A stretch of DNA of 64,000 nucleotides from Octopus vulgaris. Lineage: Eukaryota. The notes below the pieces were generated by a model. It was not told where the DNA came from and did no database searches. It worked only from the letters and a program-made list of their open reading frames with translations. Of this stretch, positions 39,320 to 50,574 are shown one piece after another; within the stretch, counting starts at the first letter, position 1, and every line of letters starts with the position of its first letter. Made by a program: the position numbers and the translations under genes. The stretch is taken from the NCBI GenBank assembly GCA_951406725.2, contig OX597818.1:136462001-136526000 (forward strand), in the 5' to 3' direction.

Positions 39320-39595
39320 ATAGGTATCATGGGTAGGTATATCTCATTGCTGTAAGTAATGGCAACACTAGAAGTATCAAGCATATTGTAAAATCAAAGT
39401 GCTCAGTTTTGAGAATGGACATGGGCTGTGTAGATGAGCAGCTTGTTTTTCTACATGGCTCCATGTTCAATCCCATTGAGCAGCACCTTGAGTACTGCTC
39501 AATGGGATTGAGTAAGATTTCGTACTCAAATCTTACACAGAAACTGTGTGGAAGCCTGTTGAAATGACTTTTTTTCTTGTGGCTGGCAGATTTAA

Positions 39596-39787
39596 CCCTT
39601 TATCATTCACATTATTCTATCAAAAGCAATTCACATTTATTCACACTGTTGTGAATAAATCATGCATTACATTGTAGTCTTGAGATTTTGAATGTAGTAA
39701 CTGTTAATTTTTAGAATGATATTGTTGGGTTGGTGTGAGAGGCCAAAATATATTTTGGCTGGATATGGTTGTTTAAATGCTAAAGAG
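39596..39787. mobile_element. piggyBac-like MITE (same family as 35285-35500)
   Basis: TTAA-CCCTTTATCATT...AATGCTAAAGAG-TTAA. Confidence 0.7.
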
Positions 39788-39949
39788 TTAATCCACCACA
39801 TCATCTGGTCCATGAAAATTTCCTCTGTTGCAAATATTTGGGCAAGGTCTCCTGCCTGAGGATAACTTTTGCTTTCCTTTCTACAAATCCCATAGGCCCT
39901 GTGAAAGAGCTATGAGCATGGCTCTTCTACTTCTAACAAAATTATTATC

Positions 39950-40345
39950 TTTTTATCTTTCACTCCCTTCAGTCATTGGACTGAGGCTATGCTAGAGCAT
40001 TGCCTTGAAGGATTTAGTCAAACCAATTGACCCAGGTACTTTTTTTTTTTTTAAAGTCTTGCACTAAGCAGTTTCAGCAAGAGAAACTGATGAACTAAGT
40101 TACAGGGATGTAAACAAACCAACACCAGCTGTTAAGTAGAGGTGGGATAACATACAAAAATACAGACACACATACATTATACATATGCATACATAACACA
40201 GTTTCTGTATATCAAATTCACTCACAAGACATTAGTTGGCCTGGGGATATAGTAGAAGACACTTGCCAAGGGTACCGTGTAGAGGAACTGAACCAGAAAC
40301 CATGTAGTTTCAAAGCAAGCTTCTTAACCACAGAGCTATGCCTGT
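39950..40345 (-). mobile_element. SINE family A, old
   Basis: Degenerate family A motifs, reversed. Confidence 0.7.
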
Positions 40346-40349
40346 GACT

Positions 40350-40570
40350 ATTCACCTTCACCTTGATGCCTTGACTGACCAGTCTGTCAGGCGTCCATTT
40401 GACACCGCTGGTCACAGCATACTGTCCACTCCTCTCTGGATCGCACCTTTCTCATCCACGTGATCCCAATCGTCCTCCTGAAATCGTAACTCCACCGACG
40501 TTGGAGGCCTTCCGGATGGTCGTTTCCGCTCGTGCGGGTACCACTCGACAACTGCATAGGTCCACCGATT
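40350..40570 (-). mobile_element. RTE-1-like LINE 3' end
   Basis: NRWTYAVVEWYPHERKRPSGRPP.(fs)W..DFRRTIGITWMRKVRSREEW, followed by a short AAGGTG-repeat tail. Confidence 0.8.
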
Positions 40571-40650
40571 AATGAAAGTTTAAGTCCTATTCATGTCCGG
40601 GTTAGGAAAATATAAATATATTGCTGTGCCTAATTATTGAGTTCTGTTAA

Positions 40651-40871
40651 CCCTTTCGTTACCAATCCGGCTGAAACCGGCTCTGGCTCTGTTGTACAAA
40701 TGTCTTGTTTTCTTAAGGTGTCAATTAAAATCTTCCACCAAACCTTTGTCACAATTTCTGTTCCTAATATAAGCTGAATGATAACTAAGTTATTTTACTA
40801 AATTCTTTGTTATATTTAAAGTAATTGAAAGAAACACAGAGCATTTCAAAATAAATACAGTAACGAAAGGG
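40651..40871. mobile_element. piggyBac-like MITE with a perfect 12 bp TIR and TTAA TSD
   Basis: TTAA-CCCTTTCGTTAC...GTAACGAAAGGG-TTAA. Confidence 0.85.
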
Positions 40872-40993
40872 TTAAGGTAGTGGATAAAAAAACAAAAGAT
40901 ACTGCTGTACCCAACCTTAGACCACAGTCTGTAATAATCTCTGTCAGTTTTGCTGTCATCAGTTCAAAGCCTTTTGTATGTCTATATATTCCT

Positions 40994-42387
40994 CTGGAGG
41001 AGTCGTTGACCATTCTGCAAGATTCCCTTTGGTCCCCTGTTGCTAAATCGATATCCTCATTCACCAAAGATTCATCAATAATGATGCCTTGTCGTTTTTG
41101 CTGGAGGAGTCGTTGACCATTCTGCAAGATTCCTTTTGGGCCACTGTTGCTAAATCGATATCACCATTCACCAAAGATTCATCAATAATGATGCCTTGTC
41201 GTTTTTGCTGGAGGAGTCGTTGACCATTCTGCAAGATTCCTTTTGGGCCACTGTTGCTAAATCGATATCACTCATTCACCAAAGATTCATCAATAATGAT
41301 GCCTTGTCGTTTTTGCTGGAGGAGTCGTTGACCATTCTGCAAGATTCCCTTTGGGCCCCTGTTGCTAAATCGATATCACCATTCACCAAAGATTCATCAA
41401 TAATGATGCCTTGTCGTTTTTGCTGGAGGAGTCGTTGACCATTCTGCAAGATTCCCTTTGGGCCCTTGTTGCTAAATCGATATCCTCATTCACCAAAGAT
41501 TCATCAATAATGATGCCTTGTCGTTTTTGCTGGAGGAGTCGTTGACCATTCTGCAAGATTCCCTTTGGTCCCTTGTTGCTAAATCGATATCACTCATTCA
41601 CCAAAGATTCATCAATAATGATGCCTTGTCGTTTTTGCTGGAGGAGTCATTGACCATTCTGCAAGATTCCCTTTTGGTCCCTTGTTGCTAAATCGATATC
41701 CTCATTCACCAAAGATTCATCAATAATGATGCCTTGTCGTTTTTGCTGGAGGAGTCGTTGACCATTCTGCAAGATTCCCTTTGGGCCCCTGTTGCTAAAT
41801 CGATATCCTCATTCACCAAAGATTCATCAATAATGATGCCTTGTCGTTTTTGCTGGAGGAGTCGTTGACCATTCTGCAAGATTCCCTTTGGGCCCCTGTT
41901 GCTAAATCGATATCCTCATTCACCAAAGATTCATCAATAATGATGCCTTGTCGTTTTTGCTGGAGGAGTCGTTGACCATTCTGCAAGATTCCCTTTGGGC
42001 CCCTGTTGCTAAATCGATATCCTCATTCACCAAAGATTCATCAATAATGATGCCTTGTCGTTTTTGCTGGAGGAGTCGTTGACCATTCTGCAAGATTCCC
42101 TTTGGGCCCCTGTTGCTAAATCGATATCCTCATTCACCAAAGATTCATCAATAATGATGCCTTGTCGTTTTTGCTGGAGGAGTCGTTGACCATTCTGCAA
42201 GATTCCCTTTGGGCCCCTGTTGCTAAATCGATATCCTCATTCACCAAAGATTCATCAATAATGATGCCTTGTCGTTTTTGCTGGAGGAGTCGTTGACCAT
42301 TCTGCAAGATTCCCTTTGGTCCCCTGTTGCTAAATCGATATCCTCATTCACCAAAGATTCATCAATAATGATGCCTTGTCGTTTTTG
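40994..42387. repeat. 107 bp tandem repeat, 13 copies
   Basis: Unit CTGGAGGAGTCGTTGACCATTCTGCAAGATTCCCTTTGGGCCCCTGTTGCTAAATCGATATCCTCATTCACCAAAGATTCATCAATAATGATGCCTTGTCGTTTTTG; starts at 40994, 41101, 41208, 41316... Confidence 0.98.
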
Positions 42388-42928
42388 GTTTAGGTTAAAT
42401 AGGCTTGGAGCTATGACTCAACAGATTCTTCTGTCACCACAATATGCATGCACTGTTAAGTTGTTTTACATGCATGAAGAGTGATTGTGATCAATAATAT
42501 CTATTGAGTGATGGGATAAGGAAAGGAGAAGCTCTCCGTTTGCCATTCTAACCTAGTGCGTGAACACACACACACAAACCTATGCACATAAATACATATA
42601 TACACATGCACAAACAAACATATACTATACATATGCACACACACACATACATATATCAATACACAGATATATATAAATATATATATATATATACATGCAC
42701 CCATGCATGCATATATAAAACGTGTATGCTCTTCTGATTGACTTGGCTGTTTATTCTGCTGCTTCATGTGTGTGTACTGGCATAAACATCAATAATGTTT
42801 ATGCCAATAAACACACATACATATATGTTTATGCCTATAGTTCAGTGCTGATCATAGTGGAGTGAGAAGTTGTTAGATTATGGGGGGTAGGGAAAGGCAG
42901 GGGATTTTGATGTGTTAATGTATGTGTG

Positions 42929-42961
<33 letters not shown>

Positions 42962-42968
<7 letters not shown>

Positions 42969-43050
42969 GAATTTACAAAAAGACGAAGACGGGTGTGTAA
43001 ACAACAAACAGATATATTAGTTTAACACTGGGGAAGTGAGAAAGTCTTTC
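42962..43050 (-). mobile_element. Fragment of the hammerhead-associated unit seen at 30520-30620
   Basis: TTTACAAAAAGACGAAGAC...AACAAACAGAT.TATTAGT...GGGAAG..AAAGTCTTT is the reverse complement of 30520-30615. Confidence 0.7.
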
Positions 43051-43600
43051 ATATATATATATATCGCCTTCACCTTCGAAACGTAGAGTAGATGAAACCA
43101 TGGCGACTGAAGAAGGGGTTTTTTCCTTGTGTTATTTGTCCTGTACTCTATTTTTTTGTTGTTTAAGAAAAATGTCCAGTTCCTTGTGTTTGTGTCTATG
43201 TTTTCGTTTCTCATTGTGTTCGACGTTTTTTTGGTGTACTGTACTCATATATGCTTGTATATATACATGTAGAGGTAGGTATGTACATATATGTACATAT
43301 ATATGCATATGTTTTATTTATTAATATATATATATATATATATGCTCTTTTACTTGTTTCAGTCATTTGACTGTGGCCATGCTGGAGCACGGACTTTAGT
43401 CGAGCAAATCGACCCCCAGGACTTATTCTTTGTAAGCCTAGTACTTATTCTATCAGCCTGTTTTGCTGAACTGCTAAGTTACAGGGATGTAAACATACCA
43501 ACATCGGTTGTCAAGTGGTATAGTATATAGTAGTAGAGCAGTATCATAGTATGTAGTAGTGGTGTGGTATATATCTGTCCATATACACATACACACATTA

Positions 43601-43645
<45 letters not shown>

Positions 43646-43689
43646 TTACATATATATACACACACATATCGTTTTTTTGTTTTTAAAAT

Positions 43690-44058
43690 CTTTTTATTTG
43701 TTTCAGTCATTAGACTGTGGCCATACCGGAGCACCATCTTGAATTTTTTTTTTTTAGTCAAATGAATCGACACAAGTACTTTTTTTTTTTAAGCCTGATA
43801 CTTATTCTATCGGTCTCTTTTGCCAAACTACTAAGTTATGGGAGCTCAAAAACACTAACACTAATTGTCAAGTGGTGGAGGTGGATGGCAACAAACACAC
43901 ACACATGACATGCTTCATTCTACCAAATCCACTCACAAGGCTTTCGTTGGCCCGAAGCTATAGTAAAAGACACTTGCCCAAAGTGCCATGCAGTGGGACT
44001 GAACCTGGAACCATGTGGTTGGGAAGCAAGCTTCTTACCACATAGCATTGCATATGCC
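43690..44058 (-). mobile_element. SINE family A, diverged (further partial copy at 43345-43520)
   Basis: Family A motifs, reversed. Confidence 0.8.
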
Positions 44059-44137
<79 letters not shown>

Positions 44138-44464
44138 GTAAATATGCCATATGAATATGGCTAACCCCTAAGGGTGGATGCTACTGTAGTTTTTAGCCCC
44201 AGGAAGACATCTCCTCCAGCTGGCTATAGACACACTTTCTGTGCCCTATATATATATAATATATATATAGTCCAAAAATGCAAAAAACATAAAAACAAGG
44301 TGAATGAATAATATATATATACATCTATCAACCCATGCTAGCATGGAAAACGGACAATAAACGATGATGATGATATAAATATACACACCTACATGTACAT
44401 ACATACATATACATATATACACACACATATATACATACACATATACACATCCACACACACATAT

Positions 44465-44700
44465 ACATCATCATCATTGTTTAACGTCCATTTTCCATGT
44501 TGGCATGGGTTGGATGGTTCGACTGGGTCTGGGAAGCCAAGAGGCTGCACCAGGCTCTACTCTAATCTGGCAGTGTTTCTACAGCTAGATACCCTTCCTA
44601 AAGCCAACCAATCCGAGAGTGTAGTGGGTGCATTTTATGTGCCACCGGCACGGGTGTCACTACAACAATTTCCATTTGATTTGATTTTGATGTACTTGAT
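44465..44700 (-). mobile_element. Retroposon family C
   Basis: (CAT)n, then the reversed conserved 3' end. Confidence 0.85.
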
Positions 44701-44734
44701 GATGATACATATATATACACATATATATACATAT

Positions 44735-44795
<61 letters not shown>

Positions 44796-44796
<1 letters not shown>

Positions 44797-45188
44797 TCTT
44801 TTACTCTTTTACTTGTTTCAGTCATTTGACTGCGGCCATGCTGGAGCACCGCCTTTAGTCGAGCAAATCGACCCCGGGACTTATTCTTTGTAAGCCCAGT
44901 ACTTATTCTATCGGACTCTTTTGCTGAAGCGCTAAGTGACGGGGACGTAAACACATCAGCATCGGTTGTCAAGCAATGCTAGGGGGACAAACACAGACAC
45001 ACAAACACATATACATACATATATACGACAGGCTTCTTTCAGTTTCCGTCTACCAAATCCACTCACAAGGCATTGGTCGGCCCGGGGCTGTAGCAGAAGA
45101 CACTTGCCCAAGATGCCACGCAGTGGGACTGAACCCGGAACCATGTGGTTGGTTAGCAAGCTACTTACCACACAGCCACTCCTGCGCC
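44796..45188 (-). mobile_element. SINE family A, young full-length, inserted in (TA)n
   Basis: Complete head-to-tail match; flanked by TA repeats on both sides. Confidence 0.92.
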
Positions 45189-45219
<31 letters not shown>

Positions 45220-46091
45220 CATATATGATATGCTGGTGGTGTTGTTTAGCCCCAGTTCATCATTGATCTTGTATACCATCTGATTATATGTCGTTCTAGC
45301 CATGACCACCCCATCTTTATTTTCACAGTAGCCTCCATTATCTCATGTGTCCTTTCATTATTTAATTCAAGCAAATCAGATTGATTGCAACTACACTAGA
45401 GAGACTCACTTGCTGCCTTGTAGTAGTTCGGGTGGTGGTGGTGGTGAAATGGTTGAGGTGTGTGTGGTAGTGGTTGTGTTGCCGGGGGAAGTAGACTGGG
45501 CCATGAGGTGTAATAGTGTCTTGGTATGGTGGTGGTGATGGTAAGAGTAGTGTCTGGGTGTGGTAGTGGGCGTAGTAGTACCCAGGTGTGGTATGACAGT
45601 GAGAGGGTGGTGTCTCTGGTTGATGTATAACAAACAGTATTATGTGTGGGTAGGTGTTATGCAAGGGAGGTGTTCTGACATATGGTGGCGGTGCGTGACC
45701 TGTGGTACATGCAGCGTTGCGTAACAGCTGAAATAAAGTGTGATGTCATAGAGCAGCTGAGATTAACAGTAGAAGGGGGGTAGCAGTGGTGGTGGTGGTG
45801 GGAGTAGGGGAGGTGGAGGAGAAGAGTGTCTGGCAATAAGATGTTTTAGCTAAATTAGATGTCTTGTTGTCATGGAGATGGTGACGGTGATGATAGCGGC
45901 AGCAGTGGTGATTGTAGTGGCGGTGGTGGCAGTGGTGGCGGTGACATGGTGGATAAAAGGTTTTGGTTTGACTAACCAGCTGGCAAGAAGATGATGGTGT
46001 TGTTGGTGGTGGTGTTGGAAGTTTTCCCTCTACTGAACACACATTAAAAAAACAAAACAAAAACAAACGCAAGTCAACTGAAGCCACTTAC

Positions 46092-46510
46092 TTGATAAAT
46101 TACATTTGTTTGTCTTAAAAACAGTTTGATGAGATTGTTTTTTTTTTTGAGATATTTCCTATCCTTTTCCTACCTCTTTTATCGATCACTTGCTCACAAC
46201 TCCCAGCCGTACAGAACCATTAAGCTCGACACCACCACCACCACAACCACCACCACCACCACCACCGCCGCTATCACTGCTGCTCAACCCCTACCAATCA
46301 CTGCAGCTCTGCAGCAGAGAAAGACTTCCACTGGACAAACGCAGGAATACGTCACCGCCAACCGATAATAGCCAAGACATATTGCTGATGCTGTTGGTGT
46401 GATGCTGCAATGCTCAGCAATATATAAACATAGCCATCTTCACAGCGCTAACTTATTACAGTTCTTCGTTATGATGCAACAGATGCAGCAGCCGTCGTCA
46501 TTGAAGAATG
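46092..46510 (-). promoter_or_regulatory. Candidate first exon/promoter of a minus-strand transcript
   Basis: Unique, locally CpG-retaining sequence; YY1-like AAGATGGC (46433-46440); perfect donor AA|GTAAGT at 46091-46086. Confidence 0.35.
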
Positions 46511-46591
46511 TGTTTTAGCATAATCTATATTTATATAAAACAAAAGTTGATCAATTTCCTTCAGTTTTCTTTTCTTTTTTTTTTTTGTTCA

Positions 46592-46754
46592 GACGCAGGA
46601 GTGGCTGTGTGGTAAGTAGCTAGCTAACCAAACACATGGTTCCGGGTTCAGTCCCACTGCGTGGCATCTTGGGCAAGTGTCTTCTGCTATAGCCCCGGGC
46701 CGACCAATGCCTTGTGAGTGGATTTGGTAGACGGAAACTGAAAGAAGCCTGTCG

Positions 46755-46785
<31 letters not shown>

Positions 46786-46990
46786 ATATGTGTCTGTGTT
46801 TGTCCCCCTAGCATTGCTTGACAACCGATGCTGGTGTGTTTACGTCCCTGTCACTTAGTGGTTTGGCAAAAAGAGACCGATAGAATAAGTACTGGGCTTA
46901 CAAAAAGAATAAGTCCCGGAGTCGAGTTGCTCGACTAAAGGCGGTGCTCCAGCATGGCCGCAGTCAAATGACTGAAACAAGTAAAAGAGT
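46592..46990 (+). mobile_element. SINE family A, young full-length
   Basis: Complete; inverted relative to 44796-45188. Confidence 0.92.
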
Positions 46991-47721
46991 AAACTGAACT
47001 GAAAGAGTGTAGGTGTGGGTATGTGGTTAACAAGTTCACTTTGTAGTAATGTGGTTTTGGAAGTACTAAGGTCAATTTGACTAAAGCCCTTCAAGGTGGT
47101 GCCCCAGTATGGATGCAGTCCAAAGATTGAAACAAGCAACAGAATAAAAGAATTTTATTTTGAATTTTGGCATTTTATTTTTATTATATAACGTTATGAA
47201 TGTAGTGAGCTGGCAGAATTGTAAGTATGCCAGACAAAATACTCAGCAGCATTGTCTTTACGTTCTGAGTTCAAATTCTACCAAAGTTGGCTTTGCCTTT
47301 CATCTTATGGAGACCAATGAAAGAAGTACCAGTTGTATATTGAGGTTAATGTAATTGACTATCATCCTCCCACTAAGTTTCAAGCCTTGAGTCTAAAGTA
47401 CAAAGGATTAGTTCCAAAATAATATCTGACTGAACGGACCATTAATCAAAGGTGTGTCAACCATGACCTAACCAAGGACTATATTACCCATGGTGTTCTT
47501 TTTAGGGAGGCAGTAATGTGTAATGTGTGGGAGCCTTATCTGTTATATCTAGCAGGTTGAATGACCCTACGGAGGCATCTTTTTGAGCTGTGTTTTGCTC
47601 TTATACCCAATGTTTTACCTTATATGTAAGAAAACAAAAGGACCTACAGATAGCCTAACAGACAAGGTATGAAACAGCACTGAGAGGTCGGTGGCCTGTC
47701 TACTGCAACCAGCGCTATATG

Positions 47722-48521
47722 CAGTGCTGGATTAACCATTAAGCAAAATAAGCACATGCTTAGGGCATTAAGGGAAGGAAGGGGCGCCACAAAAATGGTA
47801 AATGGTTTATGGCACAAAAGAAATCACTTTAAACTTGCTAAAATAATATTCATAAAACCCTGTCTCTATTAAGTATAGGAGTAGAAGTTTTACATAAAAT
47901 TAATTTTAACAATATCATCGAAGACTTTGCAATTAAATTTAAAAAACGAAGGAGAAGACTTTTCAAATATATATAAAGTGGAAGTATACAAAAATAAACA
48001 TTGTTCCATCTCACTGTTAGTTTTGTTTAATTTTGAAAAATAAAGATTTGTTTTATGGTTTGTTATTCTCTCTTTTACTTGTTTCAGTCATCTGTCTGTG
48101 GCCATTGAGCAAATTGACCCCAGGACTTATCCTTTGTAAGCCTAGTACTTATTCTATCGGTCTCTTTTGCAGAATCGCTAAGTTACGGGGACATAAACAC
48201 ACCAGCATTGGTTGTCAAGTGATGTTAGGGTTAGTGGGGACAAACACAGACTCACAAACATACACACACACACACACACACATATATATATGTCTACCAA
48301 ATCCACACACAAGTGGAAGACACTTGCCCAAGGTGCCACACAGTGGGACTGAACCCAGAACCATGTGGTTGGTAAGCAAGCTACTTACCACACAGCCACT
48401 CCTGTACCTATTGTTTACATTTTAAATTATTTTTGTTTATATTTTCAACTATTTGCATATACTTGAGGGCACCAAAACCTTTTAAGTGCTTAGAGCCTCT
48501 ATGAGTGTTAATCTGGCTCTG
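47722..48521. mobile_element. Old hAT-like non-autonomous DNA transposon with a nested family A SINE (48067-48408, minus)
   Basis: Imperfect TIRs CAGTGCTGGATTAA / TTAATCTGGCTCTG; partial 8 bp TSD (GCTATATG vs ACTATGTT). Confidence 0.55.
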
Positions 48522-48900
48522 ACTATGTTAGTGAAATGGCACAGTCCAATTTACTGTAAGTAGGTAGGGGTTTCACATTAGAAAAAAACGGTAGCACCTT
48601 AAAATTGATAAGTATTTTATTGACTAGTGTTGATTTTCAGTTTACAGGTATAATGGCATTCTATTGGCAAAGGGAATTGGGAAGAAATTTCTTGTTTGTT
48701 TAACATTAAGGAAACTGGTGATAGGTATAGCTGTGTGGCTAAGAAATTTGCTGCACAATAGCTTTGAGGGTCTGAGTTCAATCCCACAGTGTGGCATCTT
48801 GAGCAAGTGCATTGGGTTGACCAATGCCTTGTAAGTGGAGTTTGGTAAGTGGGAATTATGTAGAAGCCTGTCATGTATGTGTGTATCTTTTGTCAATATA

Positions 48901-49023
48901 TAGAGTGGGCCAAAAGTCATGCACAAAATAAATTCAAGATGCTCTGAAATTGACAAAGATATGTGTCAATAACATAAATAAAATAATGATGTATACATAT
49001 GTACTTGCTGATGATGAACAAAA

Positions 49024-49059
<36 letters not shown>

Positions 49060-49452
49060 GTCCTTGCTACAATAGGCACAAGGCCTGAAATTTATCTTGC
49101 AGTATCTAAGGCCACCTGGGGTAGCTACCTTTACTTTCCAATATCTACTTCTTATTTTGCATTTACAAGACCTATGAAATAAGTACTAGACAATGTATTG
49201 TAGAGGAACAATATTGATCACATTGACCCCAGTATATGACTGGTACTTAATTTATCGGCTCCTTTTGGATGAAAGGCAAAGCTGACCTTGGCGAAATTTG
49301 AGCTAAGACAGGTGAAATACTACTAAGCATTTTGTCCGGGGTGCTAATGATTCTGCCAGCTCACTGCCTTTGATAATAATAATAATAATAATAACAATGT
49401 AATATAAAAAAAATGTCAAATGGTTTTGGTAGGTGACTTTTAGTCCACCCTG
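48901..49452. mobile_element. Tc1/mariner-type MITE with a nested family B SINE (about 49060-49370, minus)
   Basis: TA-TAGAGTGGGCCAAAAGTCA ... TGACTTTTAGTCCACCCTG-TA. Confidence 0.6.
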
Positions 49453-49725
49453 TACATTAAGAAAAAATGTAAGTGTTAGGAGCATATTAAAAACACTTTA
49501 TTTCATGCTGTTCCAGTCCACTGAACTGGGGAAAAATAATTAATCCTGCAATGGACTGGTGTACCATCCAGGGAAGAATATACACATGCCAGAGAAACCA
49601 AGACACTGGGAAATTAGCCCTATGCTTCTTATGGAGTAATGTGGACTAGCCATATAAGGGAAAACTTTACAAACAGATTATGTTATCAAATCTGTTTGAT
49701 GTCCATTAGAAATCTAAAAGGTTAT

Positions 49726-50073
49726 TTGCGGCGCCTCAACTGGCCTCCGTGTCGGTGGCACGTAAAAAGCACCATCCGAATCGTGGCCGAAGCCAGTGCC
49801 GCCTCGACTGGCTTCCGTGCAGGTGGCACGTAAAATGCACCAATCCGACCGTGGCCGATGCCAGCCTCGTCTGGCACCAGTGCAGGTGGCACGTAAAAAG
49901 CACCCACTACACTCACGGAGTGGTTGGCATTAGGAAGGGCATCCAGCTGTAGAAACTTTGCCAGATAAGACCGGAGCCTGGTGCAGCCTTCTGGCTTCCC
50001 AGATCCCCGGTCGAACCGTCCAACCCATGTTAGCATGGAGAATGGACGTTAAACGATGATGATGATGATGATG
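49726..50073 (+). mobile_element. Retroposon family C, young
   Basis: Three GGTGGCACGTAAAA sub-repeats, conserved 3' end and (GAT)n. Confidence 0.9.
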
Positions 50074-50574
50074 ACACAATGTCTAAATATTTGGTAATGC
50101 AATCTGTTTATAAGGTTTCCCTTATATAACAGATATTATTGTTAATGACAATAGGGAAAATGATGTAATTAATTTATGAAATGACACTAGATTTGTGGTT
50201 TTCCTATATGCACTCTGTGATCTTTTTAACTACGAAAACCAGTGAAAGGAAACTTGGTCTATGATACACAAGGTCTCTGCAGTTTTCTATTATGATACAT
50301 GAGGCTGCACATATTGCTCCAAATACTGGTTTTATTCCAGGCAATTTAAATTCAAATAATACTATACAATTGTGTGTGTGTGTATACACACATACATACA
50401 CACAAGTGTATGTGAATGACCTGTCAACAACAAGACTTAAATAAATGAAAGAAGTTATCATTAGTTTTATATAGCTCAGGTTATCTGAGGTCAAAGAAAA
50501 TTCAACTGCTCTCTGTGTAAGCTAACCAGGAAACTTTTATCCAGTCAGCTAACATGCTAGAAATAGTCACCAAA

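Noticed and set aside
40846-41127. 93 aa ORF as a real protein-coding exon
   Set aside because: No recognisable domain; in-frame stops upstream once the array is collapsed; the 107 bp period shifts the frame.
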